Positions 47,783-56,415 of a stretch of 64,000 nt of DNA are shown here, piece by piece (positions within the stretch are counted from its first letter, which is position 1; each line of letters begins with the position of its first letter). The notes beneath the pieces were generated by a model. It had not been told where the DNA came from and searched no databases. It was given only the letters and a program-made list of their open reading frames with translations. The DNA comes from an uncultured Candidatus Actinomarinales bacterium (GTDB lineage Bacteria; Actinomycetota; Acidimicrobiia; Actinomarinales; Actinomarinaceae), in assembly GCA_963979435.1 (NCBI GenBank), contig CAXBVE010000001.1, positions 65,420 through 129,419 of the forward strand, in the 5' to 3' direction. The position numbers and the translations under genes were made by a program.

Positions 47783-49336
47783 ATGAAACAATTTACAGGC
47801 TTATTTCTGCCGTCTTACAGAAGCTTCAAAAGAGCTCTAAGCGAAGTATCTAAAACTTCAAATTCTAGAGTTAGGTTTATCGACTTTGTAAAAGTTTCTG
47901 GTTTGTTGCTAATTATTTTCAATACAAACTATTTTCTAGATTTTGAAAAATCAAGTGGAGAATTTATTATTTACAATCGTACTGTTTTAGATAGTTCCTT
48001 AACTCCTGTTACTTGGTTGACAGCGGGGATGGCTCTATTTTTCTTTTCTACAGGTTTCACCAATAAGATTGCTTGGTATTCAAATGTTGGCAGGGACGGA
48101 AGTCAGTGGAAATTTTTGACAGATAGGGTAGATGGATTGATGGGATCTGTTCTTGTTTGGATCTTCTTCATTACCGTGTCTTTGAACACAGCAAGTAGAG
48201 TAATTTATTTTCCTAAGTATATTACAAATCAACAAGATGGCATTCTCACAGTCACAGAATTTATCATGTGGCCTTTATGGCTTGTTTCAATTTATTTAGT
48301 AGTTGTTTTGTTTTGTCCACTAACGATATATCTACATAAAAAGAATCCGTATTTAACACTTTCTTTTTTGATATCTAGTTTGGTGCTAATAGACAATATT
48401 GAATTCAATTTATCTCTCTCGTATATAAAGCTTTTTAATTATTTGATTTTTTGGTTAACAATACACCAGCTGGGTTATTTTCTAGCTGATGGAAAAATCT
48501 TTGCATTCAGAAAATCGTTGTTTGCTGGAGTAACATTTTTTTCTTACAGCTATCTGTCTTATATACACACGACAACTGAACAGTATTTATCAGTTTCGAA
48601 TTATCGGTTACTTTCTTTTTCAAATGAAGACCCTCCGACCACAGTATATTTAATTTCATCTATAGGGCTAATCTCACTCTTCCTATTATTTCGCGATCAG
48701 GTGGAATCTTTATTAAATAAGAAAATCATTTGGTCTATCTTCTCGACAATACATGCAAATATTTATACATTATTTCTTTGGCACGTTGTTTTATTCTTTT
48801 TTATTAGCTATTTTCCAACTTTTATAATCTATTACCCACTCGTAATATTCTTAATTATTTTTTGTTTTGGTAATTACGAGCGACAAACTTTTAGACTTTC
48901 CCGTTCTTTAATCAAGAGAGTTAATCCACTCCAACCGTGGCCCACACCAATAAAAGCAAGGTTATCATACAGTAATTTTCTTCTTGCTTGGATATCTTCA
49001 ATATTGATTTTGATTGGGATACTGCAAATAACTCTGGGTGGTATTGGTTTGTCAGGGTTCTTTTCTTTAAGACAGTTATATTTGTTTTCAGGAAATACAT
49101 TTGAAGCATTTGTTAGGATCGTAATTGGTCTGTTATTACTTAATGTTACGATTAGACGCAAAGATTTAAAAAACCAGCTACTAGTAATTGGTATTCTGTC
49201 TCAGATTATTACATTAGCTGTTAGGTATCAACTTTATAATTCAGTAACTGCACTTGAGCTTTACATGAGTATTTTTTTAATAGGGTTTTTTCTGATACTG
49301 ATATTTAATAATCGTAACTATAAATCAGTAGCTTGA
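47783..49336 (+). CDS. Polytopic membrane protein, possibly acyltransferase-3 (OafA-like) family
   Basis: 517 aa with more than 10 predicted TM helices. N-terminal RVRFIDFVKVSGLLLIIF resembles the R..iD.lRG.a...V motif of acyltransferase 3. No SGNH domain. Confidence 0.35.
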   Translation: MKQFTGLFLPSYRSFKRALSEVSKTSNSRVRFIDFVKVSGLLLIIFNTNYFLDFEKSSGEFIIYNRTVLDSSLTPVTWLTAGMALFFFSTGFTNKIAWYSNVGRDGSQWKFLTDRVDGLMGSVLVWIFFITVSLNTASRVIYFPKYITNQQDGILTVTEFIMWPLWLVSIYLVVVLFCPLTIYLHKKNPYLTLSFLISSLVLIDNIEFNLSLSYIKLFNYLIFWLTIHQLGYFLADGKIFAFRKSLFAGVTFFSYSYLSYIHTTTEQYLSVSNYRLLSFSNEDPPTTVYLISSIGLISLFLLFRDQVESLLNKKIIWSIFSTIHANIYTLFLWHVVLFFFISYFPTFIIYYPLVIFLIIFCFGNYERQTFRLSRSLIKRVNPLQPWPTPIKARLSYSNFLLAWISSILILIGILQITLGGIGLSGFFSLRQLYLFSGNTFEAFVRIVIGLLLLNVTIRRKDLKNQLLVIGILSQIITLAVRYQLYNSVTALELYMSIFLIGFFLILIFNNRNYKSVA

Positions 49337-49346
49337 GTCATAATAT

Positions 49347-50381
49347 ATGAATATGAAAAAAGATGAATCTAGACAAGAATTATTAAATAGAGCATTTATT
49401 TATGTGCTATTTATTGGCATTTCAGTAATAATATTTCTAAGAGTTAAACCTTTACTCTTTGATCTTTTTGTAGCTGTAGTTTTAGCAGCATTGGCAGAAC
49501 CAGTTGTTTATAGACTTTCAAAGAAATTCGGTCGAAAGATATCTGCCCTCATTTCTGTCGCACTGTTACTTCTGGTAATATTTGGAATAATCTTTTCTCT
49601 TATTCCAATAATGGTTCAAGAAATTTACTATATCTCTACACAGTTGCCGACATATCTAGATAACCTTTTGGATTACTTCAACGGAGAAGGTTTTATAATA
49701 TCCAATCAGTCTCTAGATTTGGAATCACAATTTAGTACATTTATAAACACTTATGGAGGAACAGTTGGAGAAACAGTAGTTTTTGCTGGCCAAGGGGTTT
49801 TAAGTGCTTTTGGTCATTTCTTTATCATTTTCTTCTTTTCATTCTATTTGATTAGCGAAGGTGAACATTGGAGAGAAAATCTAAAGCAAAATATCACACC
49901 AAGATACTCAAATCTCATTGATCAAGTATGGACAATCGGAGTTTCTAAAGCTGGTGGATTTATTGTTGCAAGAGTAATTCTGGGAATACTTGCAAGTATT
50001 GTATTCACAATATCTTTTCTGGTGATTGGATTACCATCTGCTGTAGCTTTGGGTATTGCTGCAGGTGTTCTTTCTCAACTAATTCCCGTGATAGGAACAT
50101 TCCTAGGTGGAATTGTTCCAGTTCTAGCCTCCATATCACTTGGTGTTAACTATGTTCTTTATACCTTGATTGTTCTATCTGTATATCAGTTAATTGAAAA
50201 CTATTTCATAAGTCCAAAAGTTACACAGTCAACAATGGAGATTCATCCGGCTGTTGCAGTATTTTCAACTATATTTGGAGCTTATACTGTGGGCGCTGTT
50301 GGCGCCATCTTAGCATTGCCAGTTGCTGCAACTATTCAAGGTGTAGTGGGAACTATTATAGAGAATCAAAAAAATGAATAA
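49347..50381 (+). CDS. AI-2E family transporter (PerM/UPF0118)
   Basis: 8-TM architecture with the characteristic C-terminal LIPVIGTFLGGIVPVLAS segment. 344 aa. Confidence 0.65.
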   Translation: MNMKKDESRQELLNRAFIYVLFIGISVIIFLRVKPLLFDLFVAVVLAALAEPVVYRLSKKFGRKISALISVALLLLVIFGIIFSLIPIMVQEIYYISTQLPTYLDNLLDYFNGEGFIISNQSLDLESQFSTFINTYGGTVGETVVFAGQGVLSAFGHFFIIFFFSFYLISEGEHWRENLKQNITPRYSNLIDQVWTIGVSKAGGFIVARVILGILASIVFTISFLVIGLPSAVALGIAAGVLSQLIPVIGTFLGGIVPVLASISLGVNYVLYTLIVLSVYQLIENYFISPKVTQSTMEIHPAVAVFSTIFGAYTVGAVGAILALPVAATIQGVVGTIIENQKNE

Positions 50382-50667
50382 TTTTATAAATATACCTATT
50401 AATGCTGTGAAATCTATTGATAGTCTACTCCAACACTTTAAAGAGGAGACTGTTGATGAGGTGGAGAACTCAATAAAGTCGTTAAAAAGAAATTTCAAAG
50501 CTGGAAACTATCTAGCTCTAGCGACACTATTCATTATTATTGGTGTAGCGTCTATATTAAGTCAGATGTTTAGTGGAAACTATTTTTTACAAGCTATGAC
50601 ATATTTTTCTATGGCTCTATTATGCTTGATTTCATTCGGATTAATTATATGGAGAATATTAAAATGA
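50374..50667 (+). CDS. Hypothetical small membrane protein (97 aa, two C-terminal TM helices)
   Basis: Start overlaps the AI-2E stop (ATGAATAA). Soluble N-terminal half followed by two hydrophobic helices. Confidence 0.4.
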   Translation: MNNFINIPINAVKSIDSLLQHFKEETVDEVENSIKSLKRNFKAGNYLALATLFIIIGVASILSQMFSGNYFLQAMTYFSMALLCLISFGLIIWRILK

Positions 50668-50819
50668 CAGAATATAGAGAAACATATAATGAACTTAAGA
50701 AAAATATTAATTCAGAAAATTCAAAAGTCATTTCTTACCTTTTTTTTGGGATACTCGTTGGTCGAGCTTACGAAAAATATCGCAAGATAAAAAAATCAAT
50801 CCTAAAAAAGCGTTCATGA
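50664..50819 (+). CDS. Hypothetical small membrane protein (52 aa, one TM helix, basic tail)
   Basis: ATG 50664 with GGAG 9 nt upstream. ATGA overlap with the preceding ORF. Below the 60-aa cutoff of the ORF track (the track shows a longer out-of-context 65-aa version). Confidence 0.35.
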   Translation: MTEYRETYNELKKNINSENSKVISYLFFGILVGRAYEKYRKIKKSILKKRS

Positions 50820-50905
50820 ATAAGTCATTACAAAAATTCGTAGCACTTGTGTTAGCTGCGGGTGTTGTATTTTCTACGATTGCCTATTTTTTACTGTTAA
50901 TATAA
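50816..50905 (+). CDS. Hypothetical 29-aa hydrophobic peptide (MNKSLQKFVALVLAAGVVFSTIAYFLLLI)
   Basis: ATGA overlap with the preceding ORF. One TM helix. Found by manual translation and absent from the ORF track because of length. Confidence 0.3.
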   Translation: MNKSLQKFVALVLAAGVVFSTIAYFLLLI

Positions 50906-50909
50906 ATTT

Positions 50910-51683
50910 GTGGAAATCGATAATAGACTAGTAATAATTTCATCTGAATCAAAAAAGTACTTAAGCGTAATAACAAAAGGCAAAGAATTCATAACTAATG
51001 ATGGCAAAATAGAATTTGATAAAATAAAATCCCTTCCTACTCAAATTGAATCATCAACCGGAAAAATATTTACAATTTATGTTCCATCTTATAAAGAATT
51101 TATTCTTCTTATGAAGAGAGGGCCTCAAATAATATATCCCAAAGATGTGGGTTCAATACTCATTTCAGGGAATATAAATTCAAATAGTAAAGTTTTGGAG
51201 ATTGGTACTGGGTCTGGAGCATTAACTCTTTTTCTAGCGTCAATTTTAGGTACTAATTCCAAATTTTATTCTTTAGATATCAGTAAAAAAAATCAATATC
51301 GAGCTAAAAAGACAATATCAAGATATTTATCTAATTATTCATCTGATTTTATAAATGATATTCAATTTATTAATACAGATCTGTCTGATTTTAAAATTGA
51401 TACCGTTCCTTTTAAATTTGATACTGTTATTACAGATGTCCCAGAACCATGGATATTCTTCGAAAACAATCATATAAATAGTAATCTTTACTGGGTTTCA
51501 TATTTACCCTCAATATCTCAAGTTTCTAAGTTAGCTGACGCTTTACAAGATAATAGCTTTAAAGATATTGAGATTAAAGAGACAATAGAGAGAGAGTGGA
51601 CGATACGAGGTAATATTTCAAGGCCAAAGCATACAATGGTTGGTCATACAGGGTTTATAGTTAGTGGAAGATATATTTTATGA
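50910..51683 (+). CDS. trmI: tRNA (adenine58-N1)-methyltransferase TrmI (Gcd14 family)
   Basis: RGPQIIYPKDVGSILISGNINSNSKVLEIGTGSGALTLFLA matches the TrmI core and SAM-binding motif I. GTG start. Confidence 0.75.
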   Translation: MEIDNRLVIISSESKKYLSVITKGKEFITNDGKIEFDKIKSLPTQIESSTGKIFTIYVPSYKEFILLMKRGPQIIYPKDVGSILISGNINSNSKVLEIGTGSGALTLFLASILGTNSKFYSLDISKKNQYRAKKTISRYLSNYSSDFINDIQFINTDLSDFKIDTVPFKFDTVITDVPEPWIFFENNHINSNLYWVSYLPSISQVSKLADALQDNSFKDIEIKETIEREWTIRGNISRPKHTMVGHTGFIVSGRYIL

Positions 51684-51684
51684 T

Positions 51685-51930
51685 TTATGGTTCAATCATT
51701 ATGCATTCGCCAGGACATTCCTCTGCCGATTCAACAACTGCATCTTCTTGACCTTTAGGAACAACAGCTAGGCCTTCAGCACCACCGACATTCCCATTTT
51801 CTTCTGAAAAAACTTTATCACCCTCTTTAACATAAAAAAGGCCATCATCTAATCCGACAAATACATCTGGTGCAATCTCTTCACAAAGGCCATCACCAGT
51901 ACATAAATCTTGATCAATCCATACTTTCAT
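51685..51930 (-). CDS. fdx: Small 3Fe-4S/4Fe-4S ferredoxin (actinobacterial Fdx type)
   Basis: CTGDGLCEEIAP ... ECPGECI cysteine pattern (C-x5-C ... C-P). 81 aa. Confidence 0.7.
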   Translation of the reverse strand: MKVWIDQDLCTGDGLCEEIAPDVFVGLDDGLFYVKEGDKVFSEENGNVGGAEGLAVVPKGQEDAVVESAEECPGECIMIEP

Positions 51931-52030
51931 AAGTAGTATTTTACCTTGTTATAGATTTACACAAATCTTCGAATATAAAATTTATATCTAATATTTTGTA
52001 AGATACTTATAAAGCTAAAACTAATTATTT

Positions 52031-52864
52031 ATGAAAAATGTATTTAAAAGGTGTTTAAAGTTAATCGCTCTTTTCGATAGCTCAAACACATTCAATCTCG
52101 ATAGTAATTACATAAAAGATAATATACCCGAGTATCGTAATTTGAATGATGCAGCGTACAAAAGATCTTTTGAGAGAGATAAAGCACTCCTAAAAGAGGT
52201 CGGGTTCAATTTAGAATATGAAAATGACAAATGGAGTGTTGAAGATGGTTATAAGCTTAAAGGAACAAATATAATTTTAGACTTACAAAGTAAATCTGGA
52301 TTTGACATTGAGAGGTTTATCAACACATATTCTGTTATTAAGAAATACTTATCACCATATTTACAACTCAATAAAGATTTAAAAGTTATACCAATACTCA
52401 ATACAGCCATAAAGGAGCGGAGAAGAGTTTCATTTATTTACAATGACAAACTAAGAAAAGTATATCCTTTAGGCCTGAGGTTCCATGCTGGAATGTGGTA
52501 CCTGGGAGCAGATGATGGAAAAATTGTTAAAACATTTAAAATAAACACTATAGAAAATCTAAAAATTGGTAACAAAGAGAATCTTCACACTAAAAATATT
52601 TCAGAATTTAACTTTTCATGGGAAAACATGTCAAGTCTTATTACGGTCGAGATAATTTCAGATAACGACTTACATAGAGTGCACAGTAGGATTTTCAATT
52701 TTACTGAGGTCTCTTCGAAGGAAAATGAAGAAAATATTACCATAAAATTAAAAACGAATGATCATCATGGCTTAATCAAGTATTTACTGTTGGTTGAGCC
52801 AAAATTACTAAATATAAATAAGCAAGACAAAGAGGCACTAAAGAGAGCTATAAATGGAATTTAA
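52031..52864 (+). CDS. pafB: PafB-like HTH-WYL domain transcriptional regulator
   Basis: N-terminal HTH-like region (…YKRSFERDKALLKEVGF…) and C-terminal WYL signature GMWYLGADDGKIVKTFKI. Occupies the pafB position upstream of tatA/tatC as in Mycobacterium. Confidence 0.6.
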   Translation: MKNVFKRCLKLIALFDSSNTFNLDSNYIKDNIPEYRNLNDAAYKRSFERDKALLKEVGFNLEYENDKWSVEDGYKLKGTNIILDLQSKSGFDIERFINTYSVIKKYLSPYLQLNKDLKVIPILNTAIKERRRVSFIYNDKLRKVYPLGLRFHAGMWYLGADDGKIVKTFKINTIENLKIGNKENLHTKNISEFNFSWENMSSLITVEIISDNDLHRVHSRIFNFTEVSSKENEENITIKLKTNDHHGLIKYLLLVEPKLLNINKQDKEALKRAINGI

Positions 52865-53675
52865 AATAAACCTAGGTAATATAATTCACATTCTTTCACT
52901 TATTAAAAAAGAAAAATCATTTAACTTAGAAGACTTAGCAGAAAATGTTAATTTAAGTTCCGACAAACTGTTGTATTCATTAACAATCTTATCGGAAGTG
53001 TACTCTTCAGATGGCGACAGCTTTATAAACTTTGAAGTAAATTTGGAAAAGAATGTCATTACCTTCGAGTTCAATGAATCTCTAGCAAGTATCCCTACAA
53101 TTACTGATCTAGACTTATTTAAAATATATACAGTTCTAAATAATCCTAAGATAAATGTTGAAAAGTTATTTGATAATAAGTCAGATCTTATTTACCTATA
53201 TAACACACTAAATAATTACTTTAAATCTCACCAAAGTGCAGCAAACAGTGCCAAACTTGACTTTAATAGAGTGTTTGTATCCGATGAACTGTATATAGAG
53301 TACATTAAATTAGGGCACAATATTTCAAATATCTATAAAATTAAGCCATTATCTTTCAATATTACAAATGATGGAGATGTTCTTGAAGCGTATGATTATG
53401 AAGACGACAAAATAAAAAGTTTTTTAATAGAAAGAATTGTTAACATTCCAGAGGAAAAAAGTCTTAAAGAAAGATTTTCAAAAAATGATAATGAGATTTC
53501 AGTTACCTATCAAGACCTAGCATTAAAAAGACATCAACAGCATTTCCGTTCAGAAGAAATAGCTGTAGAGCATTTCCTAAAGAATATAGATTCACAAAAT
53601 GTTATTGCTCCAAACTCCGTTAGAGTTGAAATTGAAAAAAGAAAAAATAAATTGATTGCTGAGTTTTTATCATGA
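52854..53675 (+). CDS. pafC: PafC-like WYL-domain regulator (paralogue partner of PafB)
   Basis: Same size class and tandem arrangement with the pafB-like gene (11-nt overlap). It is followed by tatA-tatC. WYL region is divergent. Confidence 0.5.
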   Translation: MEFKINLGNIIHILSLIKKEKSFNLEDLAENVNLSSDKLLYSLTILSEVYSSDGDSFINFEVNLEKNVITFEFNESLASIPTITDLDLFKIYTVLNNPKINVEKLFDNKSDLIYLYNTLNNYFKSHQSAANSAKLDFNRVFVSDELYIEYIKLGHNISNIYKIKPLSFNITNDGDVLEAYDYEDDKIKSFLIERIVNIPEEKSLKERFSKNDNEISVTYQDLALKRHQQHFRSEEIAVEHFLKNIDSQNVIAPNSVRVEIEKRKNKLIAEFLS

Positions 53676-53851
53676 GCATTATTGAATTACTAGTTATAGT
53701 CCTAATCTCTCTTGGTATATTTGATAAAAGCAAAATTTTATATTACTTTAATAAAATCTCTAAATTCCAAAATGGGCAAAGTCGCCAAATAATTGGAGAT
53801 AATTCAATTGATGAAAATTGGATCTGGCTAGATGAAAATGAGGAGGAATAA
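53672..53851 (+). CDS. tatA: Twin-arginine translocase subunit TatA (59 aa; not in ORF track)
   Basis: Manual translation gives MSIIELLVIVLISLGIFDKSKILYYFNKISKFQNGQSRQIIGDNSIDENWIWLDENEEE. An N-terminal TM helix is followed by a hinge and amphipathic basic helix. ATGA overlap with the pafC-like stop. It ends 1 nt before the tatC ATG and supplies GAGGAGGAA as the tatC RBS. Position matches pafC-tatA-tatC in Mycobacterium. Coordinates may be off by 1. Confidence 0.55.
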   Translation: MSIIELLVIVLISLGIFDKSKILYYFNKISKFQNGQSRQIIGDNSIDENWIWLDENEEE

Positions 53852-53852
53852 T

Positions 53853-54554
53853 ATGAAAAAACCATTCATGGAGCACCTTCAAGAGTTAAATAACAGAATA
53901 TTATTTTCTTTTACTTTAGTTGCGATAGTTGCAATATTTGTATATAACCAGTACTCATTTTTTGGTGATATTTTATTAGAACCTCTCATAAATGCTGGAT
54001 ATGATGACTCTAATATATTCGCATTAACAATCTATGAAGGTTTTCAAGTAAAGCTACAGAATACTTTTTGGATATCCATAATTATTACATTTCCATTAAT
54101 ACTTTTAATATTAGGTTATTTCGTTAAACCTGCTTTAGAGATAAGAACATTAAGCTTTTCGTTATATTTTATCTTCTTTACTCTCTTATTTTATTCAGGT
54201 ATATTTTCTTCACTAAGCATTGCTCATGTCGGTATTGAGTTCCTCCTTTCATTTAATGAGAATGAAATTATTCTAAGATCTCAAAACTATTTTCAATTCA
54301 TAACGAGAATTTCTTTGTTATTTGGAGTTTCATTTCAATTACCGTTAATCATGCTTTTTCTCCTTAACAAAGGAATAATAAAGGTAAAGAGCCTAACCAA
54401 TAAACGGGCTGAAATGTTTATAGTCATTCTTATTTTTTCAGCAGTAATAACACCAACGGGAGATCCTATTTCGCTTTTTATCTTCACTCTGCCTATGTAT
54501 TTACTCATAGAAATAATGATTTTTATTCATAAAAAAAGTAATCGTGAATTTTAA
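53853..54554 (+). CDS. tatC: Twin-arginine translocase subunit TatC
   Basis: N-terminus MKKPFMEHLQELNNRILFS matches the TatC start (M..eHL.ELR.R). Six TM helices. Start moved from the track's 53832 to ATG 53853, which is preceded by GAGGAGGAA. Confidence 0.8.
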   Translation: MKKPFMEHLQELNNRILFSFTLVAIVAIFVYNQYSFFGDILLEPLINAGYDDSNIFALTIYEGFQVKLQNTFWISIIITFPLILLILGYFVKPALEIRTLSFSLYFIFFTLLFYSGIFSSLSIAHVGIEFLLSFNENEIILRSQNYFQFITRISLLFGVSFQLPLIMLFLLNKGIIKVKSLTNKRAEMFIVILIFSAVITPTGDPISLFIFTLPMYLLIEIMIFIHKKSNREF

Positions 54555-56415
54555 TTTAGATAAATTTCAGGTTGAGGCAATTGACTCTATTAATAAAGAT
54601 TTTAATGTATTAGTCGTTGCACCTACGGGATCAGGAAAAACCTATATAGCCGAAAAAGCTATTGAAAAATATACTAACCAAAACCAAAATGTAATTTATA
54701 CGACACCCATTAAAGCATTATCGAATCAAAAATATAATGATTTCACAAATTTGAACATTGATACTGGATTGCTCACAGGAGACAGGACCATCAGCCCAGA
54801 TTCAAATCTAATTGTTGCCACTACAGAAATATTAAGAAATATGATTTATTCAGATGACAAAAGATTAAAAAAAATTGGACTCATAGTCCTTGATGAAGTT
54901 CACTATCTATCTGATTCCGAGCGAGGCACAACTTGGGAAGAAATAATTATTCATGCCCCAAAAAACATTAAGTTTCTTTTTCTATCAGCCACTATTAGAA
55001 ATAAAGAAGAATTCCATAACTGGATAGTTTCATTAAGAGGAAAAACATCATTGGTGTACTCCAATATAAGGCCCGTCCCACTAGAAATATCGTTAGTTGG
55101 TTTAAACCCTCACAGTGAGCAATTAAAAATAATTAAATCTTCAAAAGATAAGCGTAATAATAAAATTTTTAAATTTGAAAAACAATATAGAAAGTACAAG
55201 AGACCTCATCTAGGCTTTCAACTTGACTACCTCGAAAGTAAAAATCTTACACCTTCAATATTTTTTTATTTTTCAAGAGATAGAGTTGAAACAAAGGCTA
55301 GACAGGCAGCGACAAATAGAAATAAAATTAAAAAAGCAAATGAGATTAAAGATGTTTTTAATGATGTTTTTAGTTCTCTAGATTCAACTCAATATGATCT
55401 CTTAAATTTGGATGAACTATTGTGGATGTGGGTAAGAGGAATCGGATATCATCATGCAGGGCTTGCACCTATTGTAAAAGAATTTATTGAATTTTTATTT
55501 CTAAATAGATATATAAAATATTTATTTGCCACAGAAACACTATCACTTGGTCTCAATCTACCTGCGAAATCTATTGTTATCGATAGACTTTACAAATACG
55601 ATGGAATAAAAACACGATTAATCAATCAATCAGAATTTCTACAATTGACTGGGAGAGCAGGAAGGAGAGGGATTGATACAAAGGGATTTGCATTTATTAA
55701 TTATGACAGAAATATTGAAAACTTTTGGTATAACAACTTGTTTACCCTCAAATCAAGTAATTTAAATTCTGCATATTCGGTCTCGTATTCTTCAATATTG
55801 AATATGTTAAGCAAATACTCACTAAAGCAAGCCATAGAACTCCTTGAAAAAAGTTTCTTTTCTTATCAAAATAACTTCAATATCAAAAAGCTTCAAAATA
55901 CATTTACATCCAAGCTCGAAGTCCTTGAGTTGTTAAATTTCAAGAATGACAATAAGAAATCCATGGTTTTAACCGAAACCTATAGGGATAATCTAATCGT
56001 CGGACTTGAATTACTAGAGAGTGATTTTGATAAAGATATGAATTTCTACTTGATGCTTGTATGCTCTGGTTTATCCACAACCAGGCATGACTTGTCCCTT
56101 AATGAGTTGTATGTGGATACATTCATTAAATTTCAAATTATGGAGGAAAAGATTAATAAGATGGAATCATTTGCAGGGGTCAAAAAAATAACTTCAATTG
56201 AAATTGGTTGGTTCAGTATTTTTAATGAATATTTGCAATCTGAAGACGTTGAATCAGTATTATCTAAATTCAATATCAGTATCGGTGATTTTATTCGTGC
56301 TGGTAAGGAAGCTTCTGAACTCTCAACTAAACTCTTTAATATATATCGTATTAAGGAATTTAAAATGATTACTGATATTTTTAATGATGAGTTAATCCAG
56401 AAATCTATGCGATGA
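54544..56415 (+). CDS. helY: DEAD/DEAH-box (Ski2-like, HelY-type) helicase, short form
   Basis: Walker A VVAPTGSGKT, DEVH box (LDEVHYL), SAT (LSAT) and motif VI QLTGRAGRRG. GTG start overlapping the tatC end. Matches the tatC-helY order of Mycobacterium. Confidence 0.75.
   Translation: MNFNLDKFQVEAIDSINKDFNVLVVAPTGSGKTYIAEKAIEKYTNQNQNVIYTTPIKALSNQKYNDFTNLNIDTGLLTGDRTISPDSNLIVATTEILRNMIYSDDKRLKKIGLIVLDEVHYLSDSERGTTWEEIIIHAPKNIKFLFLSATIRNKEEFHNWIVSLRGKTSLVYSNIRPVPLEISLVGLNPHSEQLKIIKSSKDKRNNKIFKFEKQYRKYKRPHLGFQLDYLESKNLTPSIFFYFSRDRVETKARQAATNRNKIKKANEIKDVFNDVFSSLDSTQYDLLNLDELLWMWVRGIGYHHAGLAPIVKEFIEFLFLNRYIKYLFATETLSLGLNLPAKSIVIDRLYKYDGIKTRLINQSEFLQLTGRAGRRGIDTKGFAFINYDRNIENFWYNNLFTLKSSNLNSAYSVSYSSILNMLSKYSLKQAIELLEKSFFSYQNNFNIKKLQNTFTSKLEVLELLNFKNDNKKSMVLTETYRDNLIVGLELLESDFDKDMNFYLMLVCSGLSTTRHDLSLNELYVDTFIKFQIMEEKINKMESFAGVKKITSIEIGWFSIFNEYLQSEDVESVLSKFNISIGDFIRAGKEASELSTKLFNIYRIKEFKMITDIFNDELIQKSMR

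Noticed and set aside
50622-50819. 65-aa form of the small ORF (start at 50622)
   Set aside because: The upstream part overlaps the preceding ORF out of frame. ATG 50664, with GGAG upstream and an ATGA overlap, is the more plausible start, so the shorter 52-aa version is reported.
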